IMG/VR virus record: IMGVR_UViG_3300024287_000001
Coordinates: 1-44,990 of that record
Reading direction: 5' to 3' (one strand)
Source: a virus
Taxonomy: Duplodnaviria > Caudoviricetes
DNA: 44,990 nt
Shown here: positions 42,943-44,990 of the stretch, in pieces
How positions within the stretch are numbered: the first letter of the stretch is position 1
Layout of the letters: each line of letters starts with the position of its first letter
The notes under the pieces: model-generated
Database searches by the model: none
Told to the model about the DNA's origin: nothing
The model's input: only the letters and a program-made list of their open reading frames with translations
Translations under genes and position numbers: made by a program

Positions 42943-44250
42943 GTGGCGGACGGACAGGCGATCGTCGACTACATGAAGCAGTTCATCGGCACTCCTTACG
43001 TGTGGGGTGGCAATGACCTGAGTAAGGGCGTCGACTGTTCCGGCTTGATGGTCGAAGGCTTCAAGCACTTCGGCATCAACCTCAATCGGACAACCTACGA
43101 TCAGATTGGTCAGGGCACTGCGGTGGGAATGAAGGGTCTCCGGGTTGGAGACCTGGTGTTCTTCGACACCGACAAGGGAACCGCGGGCCCCGACCATGTC
43201 GGCATCTACGCAGGCAACGGGAAGATGCTGCACGCGCCACGCCCCGGAAAGGGCGTGGAGATGGTCGACATGACCTCCGGCTACTACATGGACCGCTTCA
43301 TGGGCGGTCGGCGCATGGATGGCGTGAAGGCTGCTGGGCAGTCCTCTGCGGACGCCCCGACGGAGACTGAGACTCAGATGTCACCCGAGGAATTGGCGGC
43401 CAACTACGGCTGGTCCTACGCCTTCCTGAACGGCGTTCCGGAACTGAAGGACAAGTTCAAGCAAGCAGTCGACGAGACCTGGACAGCTCAGAAGTTTCAG
43501 GCGGAGCTGAGGGATACCGACTGGTGGAAGAAGACTTCCGACTCTGCCAGGCAGGCTCAGGTCATGAAAACCACGGACCCTGCAACGTGGACCGCGTCTG
43601 TGAACGCGGCCACCATTCAGATCCAGCAGCTTGCCTCGGAGATCGGTGCAGCCATCCCGGCCAACCGGCTCAAGGGCATCGTGGAGTCTGCCATCAAGAC
43701 TGGCATCGATAAGGACGAAGACGCTCTGCGGAACATCCTCGGTCAGTACGTCGGCTTCACCAAGGACGGCACGCTCAAGGGCGAGGCTGGTATGCACGAG
43801 TACACCATGAAGCAGTATGCCGCCCAGATGGGCGTCAAGCTGGACGACCAAGCCATCAAGAACCAGGCGCAACTGGTCGTTCGTAAGCTGTCCACCACGC
43901 AGGACTTCGAAGACCAGATCCGCACGCAGGCAAAGTCTGCATTCCCTGGCTATGAAACTCAGATCGATTCGGGCATGACGATGAAGGATATCGCCAGCCC
44001 TTACGAGCAGATGATGGCCAAGGAGCTGGAACTCCCGACTAACGCCAAGGGCTTGGATGATCCCCTCATTCGCTCCGCCCTGAATGGACTGAGTAAAGAT
44101 GGAAAGCCTACTGGCATGTCTCTTACTGATTTCCAATCTTCTCTTAGGAATGACCCCCGATGGAGGTCGACAACTAACGCACGAAATAGTGCGCTGGACC
44201 TTGGTGCCTCAGTCCTCCGCGACATGGGGCTTATCGCGGGAGGGCAGTAA
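42943..44250 (+). CDS. NlpC/P60 peptidoglycan endopeptidase fused to an internal-virion domain
   Basis: GTPYVWGG, GVDCSGL, GDLVFF, HVGIYAGNGKMLHAP. Confidence 0.92.
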   Translation: MADGQAIVDYMKQFIGTPYVWGGNDLSKGVDCSGLMVEGFKHFGINLNRTTYDQIGQGTAVGMKGLRVGDLVFFDTDKGTAGPDHVGIYAGNGKMLHAPRPGKGVEMVDMTSGYYMDRFMGGRRMDGVKAAGQSSADAPTETETQMSPEELAANYGWSYAFLNGVPELKDKFKQAVDETWTAQKFQAELRDTDWWKKTSDSARQAQVMKTTDPATWTASVNAATIQIQQLASEIGAAIPANRLKGIVESAIKTGIDKDEDALRNILGQYVGFTKDGTLKGEAGMHEYTMKQYAAQMGVKLDDQAIKNQAQLVVRKLSTTQDFEDQIRTQAKSAFPGYETQIDSGMTMKDIASPYEQMMAKELELPTNAKGLDDPLIRSALNGLSKDGKPTGMSLTDFQSSLRNDPRWRSTTNARNSALDLGASVLRDMGLIAGGQ

Positions 44251-44251
44251 G

Positions 44252-44990
44252 GTGGCAGATCCGAGCCTTGACCAGCTCCTGTGGTCCATTGGAATTCAGG
44301 AGAGCGGCAATAACTACTCGGTCGTGAACTCGATCGGCGCAGTCGGTAAGTACCAGGTCATGAAGGCCAACATCCCCGAGTGGTCAAGGGCGGCTCTCGG
44401 CTATTCGATTACATGGCAGCAGTTCAGGGATTCTCCGGCACTTCAGGAGAAGATTGTCCGGCACCGAATGGAAGGCTATTACAAGAAGTACGGCTTCCGC
44501 GGTGCCGCGTCTGCCTGGTATTCAGGTGACCCCACGCTTTACAACAGCACGCGATCTCAGTCCGGTGGACCTTCCATTAAGCAGTACGTGGATAGTGTTT
44601 ACGGCCGGGCGCAGAAGGCGCCCGCTAATCTGAAGACTTCCTCTTCATCCTCCGCCTCTTCCGGGGGTGGCGACACTTCAACTCCCAAGACTCGGGATGA
44701 AACCGCTGAAGAATATGGATTCGTTGCCACGCTCCTGGATTCCAATCCGGAATTGAAGGACAAGTTCGACGAAGCCGTAAAGGCTGGCTGGTCGGCCGAG
44801 AAGTTCCAGGCGGAGTTGAGGGACACCAAGTGGTGGAAAGGCCACAGCCAGCAGCAGCGGGATTTTCTCATGCTGCAATACGGAGACCCGGCAACCGCTA
44901 AGCAGAAGCTGGATCAGGCAACCGTAAAGGTAAAGCAGCTCGCTGAAACTCTCGGCATTCGAGCCGGTTCGGGAATCGATAAGCAGCTGA
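44252..44990 (+). CDS. Lytic transglycosylase (lysozyme-like) domain protein; continues through the junction to 690
   Basis: GTG 44252: MADPSLDQLLWSIGIQESGNNY..GAVGKYQVM..AASAWYSG; open to the window end. Confidence 0.85.
   Translation, partial: MADPSLDQLLWSIGIQESGNNYSVVNSIGAVGKYQVMKANIPEWSRAALGYSITWQQFRDSPALQEKIVRHRMEGYYKKYGFRGAASAWYSGDPTLYNSTRSQSGGPSIKQYVDSVYGRAQKAPANLKTSSSSSASSGGGDTSTPKTRDETAEEYGFVATLLDSNPELKDKFDEAVKAGWSAEKFQAELRDTKWWKGHSQQQRDFLMLQYGDPATAKQKLDQATVKVKQLAETLGIRAGSGIDKQL

Noticed and set aside
2435-44136. Long opposite-strand ORFs (e.g. 2435-3499, 8011-9147, 18597-19910, 31253-32323, 37355-38554, 40214-41287)
   Set aside because: Shadow frames of high-GC genes: no SD, no motifs, fully overlapping well-supported genes
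44864-44990. 127-bp terminal direct repeat as a biological DTR
   Set aside because: It lies mid-gene and equals a standard assembler k-mer; it only shows circular closure

Overview
This is one complete, circularly permuted genome (44,863 bp unique; bases 44864-44990 repeat 1-127, an assembly overlap) of a high-GC, podovirus-type actinophage, most likely infecting Streptomyces. The host call rests on a WhiB-family regulator, a TagC-like beta-propeller, an r1t-like holin and actinobacterial rRNA-leader motifs. The + strand late arm runs from 31169 through the junction to 12763 and encodes terminase, amidase endolysin, portal, a 1815-aa internal virion protein, three paralogous internal proteins (two with N-terminal muralytic domains), scaffold, capsid, tail/fibre proteins and holin. 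The - strand arm (29087 down to 12824) has an early region of small genes, then WhiB, a Cas4/RecB-like nuclease, SSB, helicase, endonuclease VII, split primase and dCMP deaminase. A two-gene + strand island encodes a phosphoesterase and a sigma-like protein. I found no DNA polymerase, integrase, repressor or full tRNA. The main signal is a candidate RNA-level control system for the early region with three parts: (i) a ~900-nt non-coding leader with two boxA-like elements and processing-stem-like helices resembling a host rRNA operon; (ii) nine early genes sharing an extended SD (AAGGGAGAGAG), each preceded by a covarying hairpin; (iii) a downstream hairpin whose loop and 3' arm are almost perfectly complementary to that shared initiation region. 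Other signals are a 42-nt tRNA-Ala-like minihelix and a 1-nt frame break in a receptor-binding protein. All functions are motif-level calls made by eye, without database searches.
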